DNA of 57,133 nt from Sphingobacteriales bacterium (lineage in GTDB: Bacteria > Bacteroidota > Bacteroidia > Sphingobacteriales > Sphingobacteriaceae): NCBI GenBank assembly GCA_947505035.1, contig CANNIS010000001.1, positions 1 to 57,133 of the forward strand. Reading direction: 5' to 3'. Positions 30,696-40,073 of the stretch are shown one piece after another. The notes beneath the pieces were generated by a model. That model ran no database searches. It saw nothing but the letters and a program-made list of their open reading frames with translations, and had not been told where the DNA came from. The stretch's first letter is position 1. Each line of letters begins with the position of its first letter. A program made the position numbers and the translations under genes.

Positions 30696-31208
30696 ATGAA
30701 AGTATCAGCAAACAAAGTAGTGTCTTTGACCTATGAATTAAAAATTGAAGATGGCACAGAGATGCTAATGGTAGAAAAAGTAACACCAGAAACCCTGTTT
30801 GTTTACTTACATGGAATGGGTGGTTTGCCACCTAAATTTGAGGAGTCAATAGACAACCTTGCTATAGGAGAAGCATTTAGCTTTAAATTGAGCAAAGAAG
30901 AATCTGGTTATGGCGAAATTGACGAAACGGCTATTGTAGATTTACCTAAAGATATTTTTGTAGTAGATGGTAAATTTGACGACGAAATGATTGTATCTGG
31001 TCATTTTATTCCAATGACAGATAACGAAGGCAATAAAATGCAAGGCTTGGTGTTAGAGGTTGGCGAAGCAACTATTAAAATGGATTTTAACCACCCATTA
31101 GCGGGTCGTGATTTGTTTTTTGATGGTTTGATTCATGATGTAAGAGAAGCAACAGCAGAAGAAATGGATCATGGACATGTGCATGGAGAACATGGTCACC
31201 AACATTAA
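30696..31208 (+). CDS. slyD: FKBP-type peptidyl-prolyl isomerase, SlyD-like, with a His-rich C-terminal tail
   Basis: FKBP core with an inserted flap (NHPLAGRDLFF) and the tail DHGHVHGEHGHQH. Confidence 0.8.
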   Translation: MKVSANKVVSLTYELKIEDGTEMLMVEKVTPETLFVYLHGMGGLPPKFEESIDNLAIGEAFSFKLSKEESGYGEIDETAIVDLPKDIFVVDGKFDDEMIVSGHFIPMTDNEGNKMQGLVLEVGEATIKMDFNHPLAGRDLFFDGLIHDVREATAEEMDHGHVHGEHGHQH

Positions 31209-31235
31209 TCTTTAATTTTTATTAATAAATACAAA

Positions 31236-31811
31236 ATGAAAAATTTATCAATTTACTTAAACATTGTTTTATTTATTGCAGTTGTTGTTTTATATATTTT
31301 AAGATGGCAAGATCAAGCTAATCAAAACACGTCACCTGCATTAAGTTCGACAAATACAGCAACAACAGTATATGTAAATGGTGATTCTTTATTGAATAAT
31401 TACGATTACTTTATTGATGCAAAAAAAGATTTTGAAGCCAAAACAAAACAGGTAGAAAATGTTATTATGGCTAAGCGTGGTGTATTAGAAAAAGAAATTG
31501 GCGCCTATCAGCAAAGTGCCGCAGGCATGAGCACAGAGCAGCGTGTCAGTGTCGAAGAATCTTTGATGAAAAAGCAAGAAGCTTTTAAACAATACAGCGA
31601 AAATGCAAGTGCAAATTTACAAGAAGAACAAGCTAAATTTAACGAAGCATTATTTGATAAAGTAGCCGCTTACCTTAAAGAATTTAGTAAAGATAAAAAA
31701 TATAAAATCGTGATGAACTATGCAAAAGGAACTGGTATTTTATTTGCAAATGATAGTTTAGATATTACGCAAGATGTGTTGAAAGGTTTAAATAAAGCCT
31801 ATAAAAAATAA
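31236..31811 (+). CDS. OmpH/Skp-family periplasmic chaperone
   Basis: N-terminal TM/signal, long helical Lys/Glu/Gln-rich coiled region, ~190 aa Skp-like architecture. Confidence 0.75.
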   Translation: MKNLSIYLNIVLFIAVVVLYILRWQDQANQNTSPALSSTNTATTVYVNGDSLLNNYDYFIDAKKDFEAKTKQVENVIMAKRGVLEKEIGAYQQSAAGMSTEQRVSVEESLMKKQEAFKQYSENASANLQEEQAKFNEALFDKVAAYLKEFSKDKKYKIVMNYAKGTGILFANDSLDITQDVLKGLNKAYKK

Positions 31812-31829
31812 AATTTTATTGATTTTTTT

Positions 31830-31865
31830 AAATGCGATGGAAGCTTTTTCATCGCATTTTTTTTC
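31830..31865 (+). terminator. Rho-independent terminator after the skp-like gene
   Basis: AAATGCGATG-loop-CATCGCATTT followed by a T-run. Confidence 0.6.
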
Positions 31866-31870
31866 TCTTT

Positions 31871-31998
31871 TTTTTTCGCGATTCGATCATTTTTTTCCGC
31901 CATTCGGTCAAATTTTATATTAGCTAATCGGTTAATTTACTTCCACAGAAGGTCATTTTTTCCTCCCGTTCGATCAATTTCTTTCCGCCAACGCGCTT
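31871..31998. repeat. Three to four degenerate ~24-nt direct repeats (consensus about TTTTTCCGCCaTTCGrTCAaTTT) in the dcw leader region
   Basis: Copies read directly: TTTTTTCGCGATTCGATCATTTTT (31871), TTTTTCCGCCATTCGGTCAAATTT (31894), TTTTTCCTCCCGTTCGATCAATTT (31956), and a partial CTTTCCGCCAACGCG (31981). Confidence 0.5.
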
Positions 31999-32069
31999 AG
32001 CTCTATTTTTTATGTTTTTGGGCATTTATTCGTTTTTACTATCGCTATAGGCATGTTGAAAACTTTTTA

Positions 32070-32097
32070 GTGGTAAGATGTGGTAAAAAGTGGTAAG
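32070..32097 (+). promoter_or_regulatory. MraZ operator: three GTGGTAA direct repeats at 10-bp periodicity
   Basis: aGTGGTAAgatGTGGTAAaaaGTGGTAAgaa, 43 nt upstream of the mraZ ATG. It resembles the repeated GTGG/TGGG boxes with 10-bp phasing bound by MraZ in other bacteria. Confidence 0.55.
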
Positions 32098-32139
32098 AAT
32101 ATTTAATTTTACTACATCAATCAGCGATAAAATCACCAT

Positions 32140-32604
32140 ATGAGTCAGTTTTTAGGAGAATTTGAATGCAAAGTAGACCCCAAAGGAAGAATCATGCTTC
32201 CGGCTGGTCTAAAGAAGCAACTGTCGCCAGCAGCTGAAGGTCGCTTTGTGATTAATCGAGGTTTCGAGAAATGTTTGGTTTTATACCCATTAAACGAATG
32301 GCAAACCATCAGCGCAGAAGTAAATAAGCTCAACTTATACAATAAGAAAAACAGAGATTTTGCGAGGTACTTTTTTAGAGGAGCATCAGAATTAATGTTA
32401 GACGGCACCAATAGATTGTTATTGCCAAAAGCTTTAACCGAATATGCCGCTATAGATAAAGACTTAATCTTATTTGCTTATTCCAACCGAATTGAGGTTT
32501 GGTCTAAAGCAAATTACGATAACCTATTAACCGATGAGCCAGCAGATTTTGCATCACTGGCAGAAGAGGTAATGGGAAAGCCAAAGGAGGGCTTACATGA
32601 GTAA
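32140..32604 (+). CDS. mraZ: Transcriptional regulator MraZ
   Basis: F(L)GEFECKVDPKGRIMLP and a second LDGTNRLLLP SpoVT/AbrB-like repeat; first gene of the dcw cluster. Confidence 0.95.
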   Translation: MSQFLGEFECKVDPKGRIMLPAGLKKQLSPAAEGRFVINRGFEKCLVLYPLNEWQTISAEVNKLNLYNKKNRDFARYFFRGASELMLDGTNRLLLPKALTEYAAIDKDLILFAYSNRIEVWSKANYDNLLTDEPADFASLAEEVMGKPKEGLHE

Positions 32605-33499
32605 GTATCATCAACCAGTCATGTTGTCGGAATGTTTAGACGGCATGAATATAAAAGCAGATGGTATTTATGTTGATGTAACTTTTGGCGGCGGTGGACA
32701 CAGCCGTGCAATTTTAGCAAAGCTTGGCCCGAATGGAATTTTAATCGGATTCGATCAAGATCCAGATGCTTTGCAAAATGTGATCGACGACGATCGATTT
32801 ATTTTTATTGATCAAAACTTTCAGTTCTTAAAAAACAATTTACGCTTACATCAAATTGGAAAAGTAGATGGCATTTTAGCCGATTTAGGTGTTTCCTCTC
32901 ATCAGTTTGATGATGCTGCAAGGGGCTTCTCTATTAGGTTTGACGCAGATTTAGACATGCGTATGGATCAGAGTCGTTCTTTAACAGCAAAAAAAATTAT
33001 TGCCACTTATACAGAGGCAGATTTGCATAAAATATTTGGCATGTATGGCGAACTACACAATGCAAAAACATTGGCCAATTTAATTGTCAAATCGCGTCAG
33101 ATCAATGAGATTAACACGGTTGCTCAATTAAAAGATATTGTAAAACCAATTGCAAAGCGAGGAAAAGAAAATCAATATTTCGCGCAGTTATTTCAAGCGT
33201 TAAGAATAGAAGTAAACCAAGAGCTAGAGGTATTAAAAGATTTTTTAATGCAAACCGAAGAGGTGTTAAAACCAGAGGGAAGATTAGTGGTGATGTCTTA
33301 CCATTCTTTAGAAGATAGATTGGTGAAAAATTATATACAAAAAGGAAAATTTTCTGGAGTGTTAGAAAAAGATTTATATGGTAATACTACGGTACCATTT
33401 AGCATGGTGAGCCGCAAAGCCATTATAGCCGGCGAAGCAGAGTTAAGTATCAATAATAGGGCACGCAGTGCAAAATTAAGAATAGCAGCAAAAAACTAA
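32597..33499 (+). CDS. rsmH: 16S rRNA (cytosine1402-N4)-methyltransferase RsmH/MraW
   Basis: HQPVML, DVTFGGGGHS, DLGVSSHQFD, SYHSLEDR. Confidence 0.95.
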   Translation: MSKYHQPVMLSECLDGMNIKADGIYVDVTFGGGGHSRAILAKLGPNGILIGFDQDPDALQNVIDDDRFIFIDQNFQFLKNNLRLHQIGKVDGILADLGVSSHQFDDAARGFSIRFDADLDMRMDQSRSLTAKKIIATYTEADLHKIFGMYGELHNAKTLANLIVKSRQINEINTVAQLKDIVKPIAKRGKENQYFAQLFQALRIEVNQELEVLKDFLMQTEEVLKPEGRLVVMSYHSLEDRLVKNYIQKGKFSGVLEKDLYGNTTVPFSMVSRKAIIAGEAELSINNRARSAKLRIAAKN

Positions 33500-33910
33500 A
33501 TGAAAAGGCCAAACAGAATAAGAACAAATGATCCAATTGCAGAAGAGTCTTCGGTAATAGAAGAGGAGCCTGTGATTGAATTAAAAAAACAGGAGCCAGC
33601 TGTTTCGCCAATAGACTCTTTATTTTCTTCTGAATTTTTTAGTAAAGAAAATGTAAGTAAGGGATTACCCTTTATTTTTTTTCTAGCCATGCTGGGCATG
33701 TTATATATAGCAAACCATCATTATGCAGAAAAGAGCGTAAGGAATTCAGAAAAAATAAAAAAAGAATTAAAAGAATTGTATTGGGAACACCTCAATACGA
33801 GTTCTAATTTAATGACACAAAGTAAACAAACAGAGGTAGCCAAATTAACCGAAGTTTTTGGCTTAAAAGAATCAGTAGTTCCACCAACCAAGCTTGAAGT
33901 AAACGAATAA
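33500..33910 (+). CDS. ftsL: FtsL-like bitopic cell-division protein
   Basis: Position between rsmH and ftsI, with a single TM (LPFIFFLAMLGMLYIA) followed by a short coiled segment. The call rests on position and architecture only. Confidence 0.6.
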   Translation: MKRPNRIRTNDPIAEESSVIEEEPVIELKKQEPAVSPIDSLFSSEFFSKENVSKGLPFIFFLAMLGMLYIANHHYAEKSVRNSEKIKKELKELYWEHLNTSSNLMTQSKQTEVAKLTEVFGLKESVVPPTKLEVNE

Positions 33911-36006
33911 TGAACATAAGGAAAAACATTATTTTAAGAGTTTATCTAGCATTTTTCTTGCTTGCTATTGTGGCTATAGGCATTATTGGAAGGGTGTTTC
34001 AGCTGCAAAACATTCAAGGAGAAAAGTGGAGAAAATTATCCGATAGCTTATCTACAAAATTAGTCAATGTGGCAGCCATCAGAGGAAATATTTATTCTTC
34101 CGACGGTAGTTTACTTGCCACTTCTTTGCCAGAATACGAATTGCGTTTTGATTTAATGGCAGAAAAAGTAACAGACGAAATTTTTAATAGCAAAGTAGAT
34201 TCTTTAGCTTATTGTTTATCAGCTTTATTTAAAGATAAATCAGCCGCAGATTATGAACGAAAAATGATCGCAGCGCGTAATCATAAGGAACGATATTATT
34301 TATTGAAAAGAAATGTTACTTATTTAGAATTAAAGGAAATTAGAACATTTCCAATTTTTAGATTAGGAAAAAATAAAGGAGGTTTACTTTTTATTCAAAA
34401 GAATAAAAGGATTCAACCATTTAAATCTTTAGCCCCTCGATTAATTGGTTATAAAATTGATGGCGTTCAACCTGTTGGCTTGGAAGGTGCATTTGATAAA
34501 GAGCTTGGGGGCGAACCCGGAAAAAGATTGATGCAAAGAATTTCGGGTGGTGTATGGATGCCATTAAACGAAGAAGATGAAATTGCCGCAAAAAATGGAG
34601 TCGATATTATTAGCACTTTAGATGTAAACTACCAAGACGTTGCACAAAAAGCATTGAATCAGCAACTCATTAAACATGATGCCCACCATGGCTGTGTGGT
34701 ATTAATGGAAGTTGCCACTGGCGAAATTAAAGCAATCGCAAATTTAACCCGTATCGAAAAAGGAATTTATAAAGAAACTTATAATTATGCCGTTGGCGAA
34801 GCAACCGAACCAGGCTCTACTTTTAAATTGGCTTCTTACTTAGCTGCTTTAGAAGACGGCGTGTTTGATACTTCAACAGTAGAGAATACAACTGGTGGTG
34901 TAGTAGTTTTCGGCACGCATAAAATTAAAGATTCGCACGAAGGTGGTTATGGTATGATCCCAATGCGTAAAGCTTTTGAGCTATCCTCGAATGTGGCTAT
35001 ATCTAAACAAATTAATAACGGCTATATAAATTCCCCTTCCAAATTTATTAACAGATTAAAGGCCTTTGGTATAGGCGAAGATTTGCCTATTGAAATTGCT
35101 GGTTCACCTAAAACCAGAATTATAGATCCAAATACCGATGCATGGAATAATTTAACCTTGCCAACTTTATCTATGGGTTACGCTATTTTAATGACCCCTT
35201 TAAAAACCCTAACACTTTATAATGCAGTTGCCAATAATGGCATTATGGTTTCTCCAAAATTTGTTCGCGAATTAAGAAGTGGTGGACAATTGGTTAAGGC
35301 ATATGAGCCAATCATTATCAGAAAAAAAATTGCTTCGGATGCTTCGATTGGTAAAATGCGAAAATTAATGGAAGGTGTAGTAAAACAGGGTACTGCAAAA
35401 AATTTGAGCACTACCATTTATTCCATTGCAGGTAAAACCGGAACAGCTGTAATTGCTGGTGGTGCTGGAGGTTACGCAAACAAGCGTTATTTGGCTTCGT
35501 TCTGTGGTTACTTCCCCGCCGATTTTCCAAAGTATTCGATGATCGTAGTCATTACCGATCCATCTATGTCGGGTTATTATGGAAACGTGGTTGCGGGTCC
35601 AATATTTAAAGAGATTGCAGATAAAGTTTATGCCACAAGTTTAACCATGCATAATGATAATGCAGTAGCAGTTGCCATTGCACCTACTTATCCAGATGCA
35701 AAATCTGGAGATAAAACAAAAACGGTTTTGGCTTATCAAAAAATGGGTATTAAAGCTCCAGCAAATTTCGAAGCAGCTTATGTTAGTATCGATAAAAATG
35801 AAAACGGTGTGAGTCTTAGCCCTAAAGCAATGATAGCGGGTTTGGTCCCAAATGTAGTAGGAATGGGCTTGCAAGATGCATTGTACTTAATAGAAAATGA
35901 AGGAATGATTGCAATAGTAAATGGTAATGGAAAAATTACCAATCAATCAATTACTGCAGGAGCAAAAGTAAATAAAGGAAGTAGAATCGTATTAGATTTA
36001 AGATAA
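33910..36006 (+). CDS. ftsI: Peptidoglycan D,D-transpeptidase FtsI (PBP3) with a C-terminal PASTA domain
   Basis: SxxK GSTFKL, SSN, KTGTA. The C-terminal segment VPNVVGMGLQDALYLIENEG...GSRIVLDL is PASTA-like. Confidence 0.9.
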   Translation: MNIRKNIILRVYLAFFLLAIVAIGIIGRVFQLQNIQGEKWRKLSDSLSTKLVNVAAIRGNIYSSDGSLLATSLPEYELRFDLMAEKVTDEIFNSKVDSLAYCLSALFKDKSAADYERKMIAARNHKERYYLLKRNVTYLELKEIRTFPIFRLGKNKGGLLFIQKNKRIQPFKSLAPRLIGYKIDGVQPVGLEGAFDKELGGEPGKRLMQRISGGVWMPLNEEDEIAAKNGVDIISTLDVNYQDVAQKALNQQLIKHDAHHGCVVLMEVATGEIKAIANLTRIEKGIYKETYNYAVGEATEPGSTFKLASYLAALEDGVFDTSTVENTTGGVVVFGTHKIKDSHEGGYGMIPMRKAFELSSNVAISKQINNGYINSPSKFINRLKAFGIGEDLPIEIAGSPKTRIIDPNTDAWNNLTLPTLSMGYAILMTPLKTLTLYNAVANNGIMVSPKFVRELRSGGQLVKAYEPIIIRKKIASDASIGKMRKLMEGVVKQGTAKNLSTTIYSIAGKTGTAVIAGGAGGYANKRYLASFCGYFPADFPKYSMIVVITDPSMSGYYGNVVAGPIFKEIADKVYATSLTMHNDNAVAVAIAPTYPDAKSGDKTKTVLAYQKMGIKAPANFEAAYVSIDKNENGVSLSPKAMIAGLVPNVVGMGLQDALYLIENEGMIAIVNGNGKITNQSITAGAKVNKGSRIVLDLR

Positions 36007-37463
36007 TGAAATTAAGTGCCTTATTAAGTTCTTGTAAAATTTTGGAGTTGGTTGGCAACACCGAGCAAGACATTACGGGCATTTGTTTTGATTCAAGAAA
36101 AGTGAGTGCTTCGTCTATGTTCATTGCTACAGTAGGAACTTTAGTAGATGGACATCAATTTATTATAAGCGCAATAGAAAAAGGGGCAAGTGTAATTGTG
36201 TGCGAAAAATTACCTAAGAAATTAGATGCAACAGTTACTTATGTTGTAGTCGATAATAGTAGTCGTGCCATGGGATTAATTGCGGCGGCTTATTATCAAC
36301 ATCCTTCTAAAAAATTAAAACTGGTTGGTGTAACGGGTACCAATGGAAAAACAACCGTTGCTACTTTGCTTAGTAATTTATTTCAAGAATTAGGTTATAA
36401 AGTAGGTTTGCTATCTACAGTCGAAAATAAAATAAATAATACCGTAATACCTTCTACTCATACTACACCAGATAGTATCACCATTAACGAACTTTTATTA
36501 GACATGATTGCTGCTAATTGTGATTATTGTTTTATGGAAGTAAGTTCGCATGCAATAGTACAAGAACGCATTGCTGGCTTAAGTTTTACAGGGGGTATAT
36601 TCACTAACATCTCACACGATCATTTAGATTTCCATCAAACATTTGAGGAATATATTAAAGCAAAAAAATACTTTTTTGATCAATTACCTGCCTCTGCTTT
36701 TGCCTTAACTAATTCGGATGATAAGCGTGGCGCAGTGATGTTGCAAAATACAAAAGCACATGCTAAAACATATGCCTTGCAGTCGATGGCTACATTCAAA
36801 GCTAAGATAATTGAAAATCAATTTTCAGGTTTGTTTTTAAATATTGATGCAGAAGAAGTTTGGTTTAAAATGGTTGGCAGTTTTAATGCTTACAATTTAT
36901 TGGCCGTTTATGCTACTGCCATGTTATTAGATCAAGATAAAACCAGGGTCTTAACTATTTTATCTACGCTAAGTGGTGCCGAAGGAAGATTTGATTATAC
37001 CATTGCCCCCAATGGAGTAATTGGTATTGTAGATTATGCGCATACACCAGATGCTATTAAAAATGTATTGCAAACCATTGCCAATATTAGAAAAGGTAAT
37101 GAAACAGTAATTGCTATTGTGGGTTGTGGTGGCGATCGCGATAAAACAAAAAGACCCATCATGGCTGAAGTAGCTTGTAAGCTGAGCGATAAAGTCATTT
37201 TAACTTCAGATAATCCTAGAACAGAAGACCCTGCAACAATTTTAAAAGAAATGGAAGCAGGCGTTCCTATTTCATTGAAGAAAAAAACAATTACCATTCA
37301 AGATAGAAAAGAAGCCATTCGCACGGCTTGTCATTTAGCGAAGAGTGGAGATATTATATTATTAGCCGGAAAAGGTCACGAAAAATACCAAGAAATTAAT
37401 GGGGTAAAATTCCCTTTCGATGACAAACAAATATTTTCAGAAATAATGGAATCATTAAAATAA
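36006..37463 (+). CDS. murE: UDP-N-acetylmuramoyl-L-alanyl-D-glutamate--2,6-diaminopimelate ligase
   Basis: GVTGTNGKTT, the DNPR motif (TSDNPRTEDP) and Mur ligase domains. Confidence 0.93.
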   Translation: MKLSALLSSCKILELVGNTEQDITGICFDSRKVSASSMFIATVGTLVDGHQFIISAIEKGASVIVCEKLPKKLDATVTYVVVDNSSRAMGLIAAAYYQHPSKKLKLVGVTGTNGKTTVATLLSNLFQELGYKVGLLSTVENKINNTVIPSTHTTPDSITINELLLDMIAANCDYCFMEVSSHAIVQERIAGLSFTGGIFTNISHDHLDFHQTFEEYIKAKKYFFDQLPASAFALTNSDDKRGAVMLQNTKAHAKTYALQSMATFKAKIIENQFSGLFLNIDAEEVWFKMVGSFNAYNLLAVYATAMLLDQDKTRVLTILSTLSGAEGRFDYTIAPNGVIGIVDYAHTPDAIKNVLQTIANIRKGNETVIAIVGCGGDRDKTKRPIMAEVACKLSDKVILTSDNPRTEDPATILKEMEAGVPISLKKKTITIQDRKEAIRTACHLAKSGDIILLAGKGHEKYQEINGVKFPFDDKQIFSEIMESLK

Positions 37464-37472
37464 TAAAACAAG

Positions 37473-38720
37473 ATGCTGTATTATCTTTTTACTTATTTAG
37501 ACAAACACTTTGATTTACCTGGGGCAGGTTTATTTCAGTTTATCACCTTTAGAACTACTTTGGCGATCATCGTATCGCTAATTATTTCTTTATTGATGGG
37601 TAAAAGATTGATTGCTTTCTTGCATAAAAAACAAGTAGGAGAAACCATTAGAGACTTAGGCTTAGAGGGACAATCGGAGAAAAAAGGTACACCAACAATG
37701 GGTGGCTTAATTATTTTATCGGCTATTATTATCCCTACTTTATTATTTGCCAAATTAACAAACGTATATATTATACTCATGTTAATTACCACTGTGTGGA
37801 TGGGAATTATTGGTTTTATTGATGATTACATTAAAGTATTTAAAAAGAATAAAGAAGGTTTAGCAGGTAGATTTAAAATTGTTGGACAAGTTGGATTGGG
37901 TTTGATTATAGGTTATACTATGTTTTTTCATCCTTCCATTGTAGTCAAAGAAAAAATTCCTGTATCACAATTGTCATCTGTTAAAACATCTGAAAACACG
38001 AAGCGTACAGCGAGTAGCTATTATGTTGCGCATGCACAAAAGTCTACTAAAACAAATGTGCCTTTTTATAAAAACAACGAATTCGATTACGCTAAATTAT
38101 TAAAATACTTTGGTCCAGATTATGAGCAATATGCTTTTTGGATTTTTATTCCAATTGTGATTTTAATTATTACAGCCGTTTCTAATGGCGCAAACATTAC
38201 TGATGGAATAGATGGCCTTGCCACCGGTACCTCAGCAATTATCGGATTGGCATTAGGCGTGCTCGCATATGTATCGGGTAATATTGTATTCGCCAATTAT
38301 TTGAACATCATGTACATTCCAAATTCTGGAGAATTGGTGGTATTTGCGGGTGCATTCTTGGGCGCTTGTATTGGATTTTTGTGGTACAACACTTATCCTG
38401 CGCAAGTTTTTATGGGAGATACGGGTAGCCTTGCAATAGGCGGTATTATTGCATCTTACGCCATCATGATTCGTAAAGAATTATTGATTCCCGTATTGTG
38501 TGGTATCTTTTTAGTAGAAAACTTATCGGTAATTATTCAAGTAAGTTATTTCAAATACACCAAAAGAAAATATGGAGAAGGCAGAAGGGTTTTTAAAATG
38601 TCTCCTTTACATCATCATTATCAAAAATTGGGTTACAGTGAACCAAAAATTGTTACCCGTTTTTGGATCATCGGAATATTGTTAGCGGTCATTACCATTG
38701 TTACTTTAAAATTAAGATAA
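37473..38720 (+). CDS. mraY: Phospho-N-acetylmuramoyl-pentapeptide transferase
   Basis: [39 protein letters not shown]; 10 TM. Confidence 0.95.
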   Translation: MLYYLFTYLDKHFDLPGAGLFQFITFRTTLAIIVSLIISLLMGKRLIAFLHKKQVGETIRDLGLEGQSEKKGTPTMGGLIILSAIIIPTLLFAKLTNVYIILMLITTVWMGIIGFIDDYIKVFKKNKEGLAGRFKIVGQVGLGLIIGYTMFFHPSIVVKEKIPVSQLSSVKTSENTKRTASSYYVAHAQKSTKTNVPFYKNNEFDYAKLLKYFGPDYEQYAFWIFIPIVILIITAVSNGANITDGIDGLATGTSAIIGLALGVLAYVSGNIVFANYLNIMYIPNSGELVVFAGAFLGACIGFLWYNTYPAQVFMGDTGSLAIGGIIASYAIMIRKELLIPVLCGIFLVENLSVIIQVSYFKYTKRKYGEGRRVFKMSPLHHHYQKLGYSEPKIVTRFWIIGILLAVITIVTLKLR

Positions 38721-38723
38721 TAT

Positions 38724-40061
38724 ATGAGCAAAAGAATTGTTGTATTAGGTGGAGCAGAGAGTGGAACTGGAGCGGCTGTATTGGCTAAGCTTCAGGGCTT
38801 CGATGTGTTCTTATCTGATATGGGCAATATCGAAACTGCTTTTATTAATACTTTAAATGAATATGGAATTGCATTTGAACAAGGTCAACATACGGCCGGT
38901 TTAATTTGCAATGCTACCGAAATTATTAAGAGTCCTGGTATACCAAACAAGGCGCCAATTATTCAACAAATAATCGCTTTACAAATTCCGATTATTTCTG
39001 AAATTGAATTTGCATCGAGGTATACCAATGCAAAAATGATTGCCATTACCGGTACCAACGGTAAAACGACTACCACCTTATTGACTTATCATTTATTGAA
39101 AAGTGCAGGCTTGAATGTAGGCCTGGCAGGCAATGTAGGCAATAGTTTTGCGATGCAAGTAGCTACTAAAAAATTCGATTATTATGTATTAGAGCTGAGC
39201 AGTTTTATGCTAGACGATATGTTCCACTTTAAAGCAGACATTGCCATATTAACTAATATTACTCCCGATCATTTAGATCGATACGATTACCAAATGCAAA
39301 AATATGTGAATTCTAAATTCAGAATTACACAAAACCAAACGGCAAGCGATTATTTTATTTACTGTAAAGATGACGAAGTTATTCAAGCAGCACTTGCCTC
39401 TCAACAAATAGATTCGACCATGATTCCATTTTCTATTGCAGAAGATTTGGCATATGGCGCCTCTATTAGTAACCAACATTTAAACATAAAACTAAAACAA
39501 AATACATTTACTATGACTATCCAAGAACTTGCGCTACAAGGTAAACACAATCTCTATAATTCAATGGCATCTGGCGTTGCTGCAAAATTGTTAGACATTA
39601 GAAATGAAACGTTAAAACAGAGTATGTCTGATTTTAAAAATGCACCGCATCGATTAGAGCATGTGGCACGCATTCAAGGAATCGAATTTATAAACGATAG
39701 TAAGGCAACAAATGTGAACGCTACTTGGTTTGCATTAGAAAGCATCAACACACCAATTATTTGGATTGCTGGCGGAGTAGATAAAGGAAATGATTATAGC
39801 ATGCTTACGCAATTAGTGAAAGACAGGGTGCGCGCCATTGTTTGTTTAGGTACCGACAATAGCAAAATACACGAAGCTTTCGGCAATGTGGTAGATATTA
39901 TTGTGAATACCGCTTCGGCTACAGAAGCGGCCGAAGTAAGTTATCACTTAGGTAAAAAAGGAGATACCGTTTTATTGTCACCCGCTTGTGCAAGTTTCGA
40001 TTTGTTTAAGAACTATGAAGATAGGGGTCAACAGTTTATGGATGCAGTGAAAGAACTTTAA
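38724..40061 (+). CDS. murD: UDP-N-acetylmuramoylalanine--D-glutamate ligase
   Basis: ITGTNGKTTT, Mur ligase middle and C-terminal domains, and position in the dcw cluster. Confidence 0.93.
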   Translation: MSKRIVVLGGAESGTGAAVLAKLQGFDVFLSDMGNIETAFINTLNEYGIAFEQGQHTAGLICNATEIIKSPGIPNKAPIIQQIIALQIPIISEIEFASRYTNAKMIAITGTNGKTTTTLLTYHLLKSAGLNVGLAGNVGNSFAMQVATKKFDYYVLELSSFMLDDMFHFKADIAILTNITPDHLDRYDYQMQKYVNSKFRITQNQTASDYFIYCKDDEVIQAALASQQIDSTMIPFSIAEDLAYGASISNQHLNIKLKQNTFTMTIQELALQGKHNLYNSMASGVAAKLLDIRNETLKQSMSDFKNAPHRLEHVARIQGIEFINDSKATNVNATWFALESINTPIIWIAGGVDKGNDYSMLTQLVKDRVRAIVCLGTDNSKIHEAFGNVVDIIVNTASATEAAEVSYHLGKKGDTVLLSPACASFDLFKNYEDRGQQFMDAVKEL

Positions 40062-40073
40062 AATTTAAATCAA

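Noticed and set aside
30637-30831. 64-aa minus-strand ORF overlapping the slyD start
   Set aside because: It overlaps the well-supported FKBP gene and the promoter region. It has a hydrophobic, low-information sequence.
31195-31208. His-rich tail of SlyD as a sign of a nickel/hydrogenase maturation locus
   Set aside because: His-rich tails are a common SlyD feature, and no hyp, hyd or ure genes are nearby. It is noted in the feature list only.
32070-32097. Short regularly spaced repeats that might be mistaken for a mini-CRISPR or tandem-repeat locus
   Set aside because: The units are only 7 nt long with 3-nt spacers. The position directly upstream of mraZ fits an MraZ operator, and no cas genes or longer repeats are present anywhere in the window.
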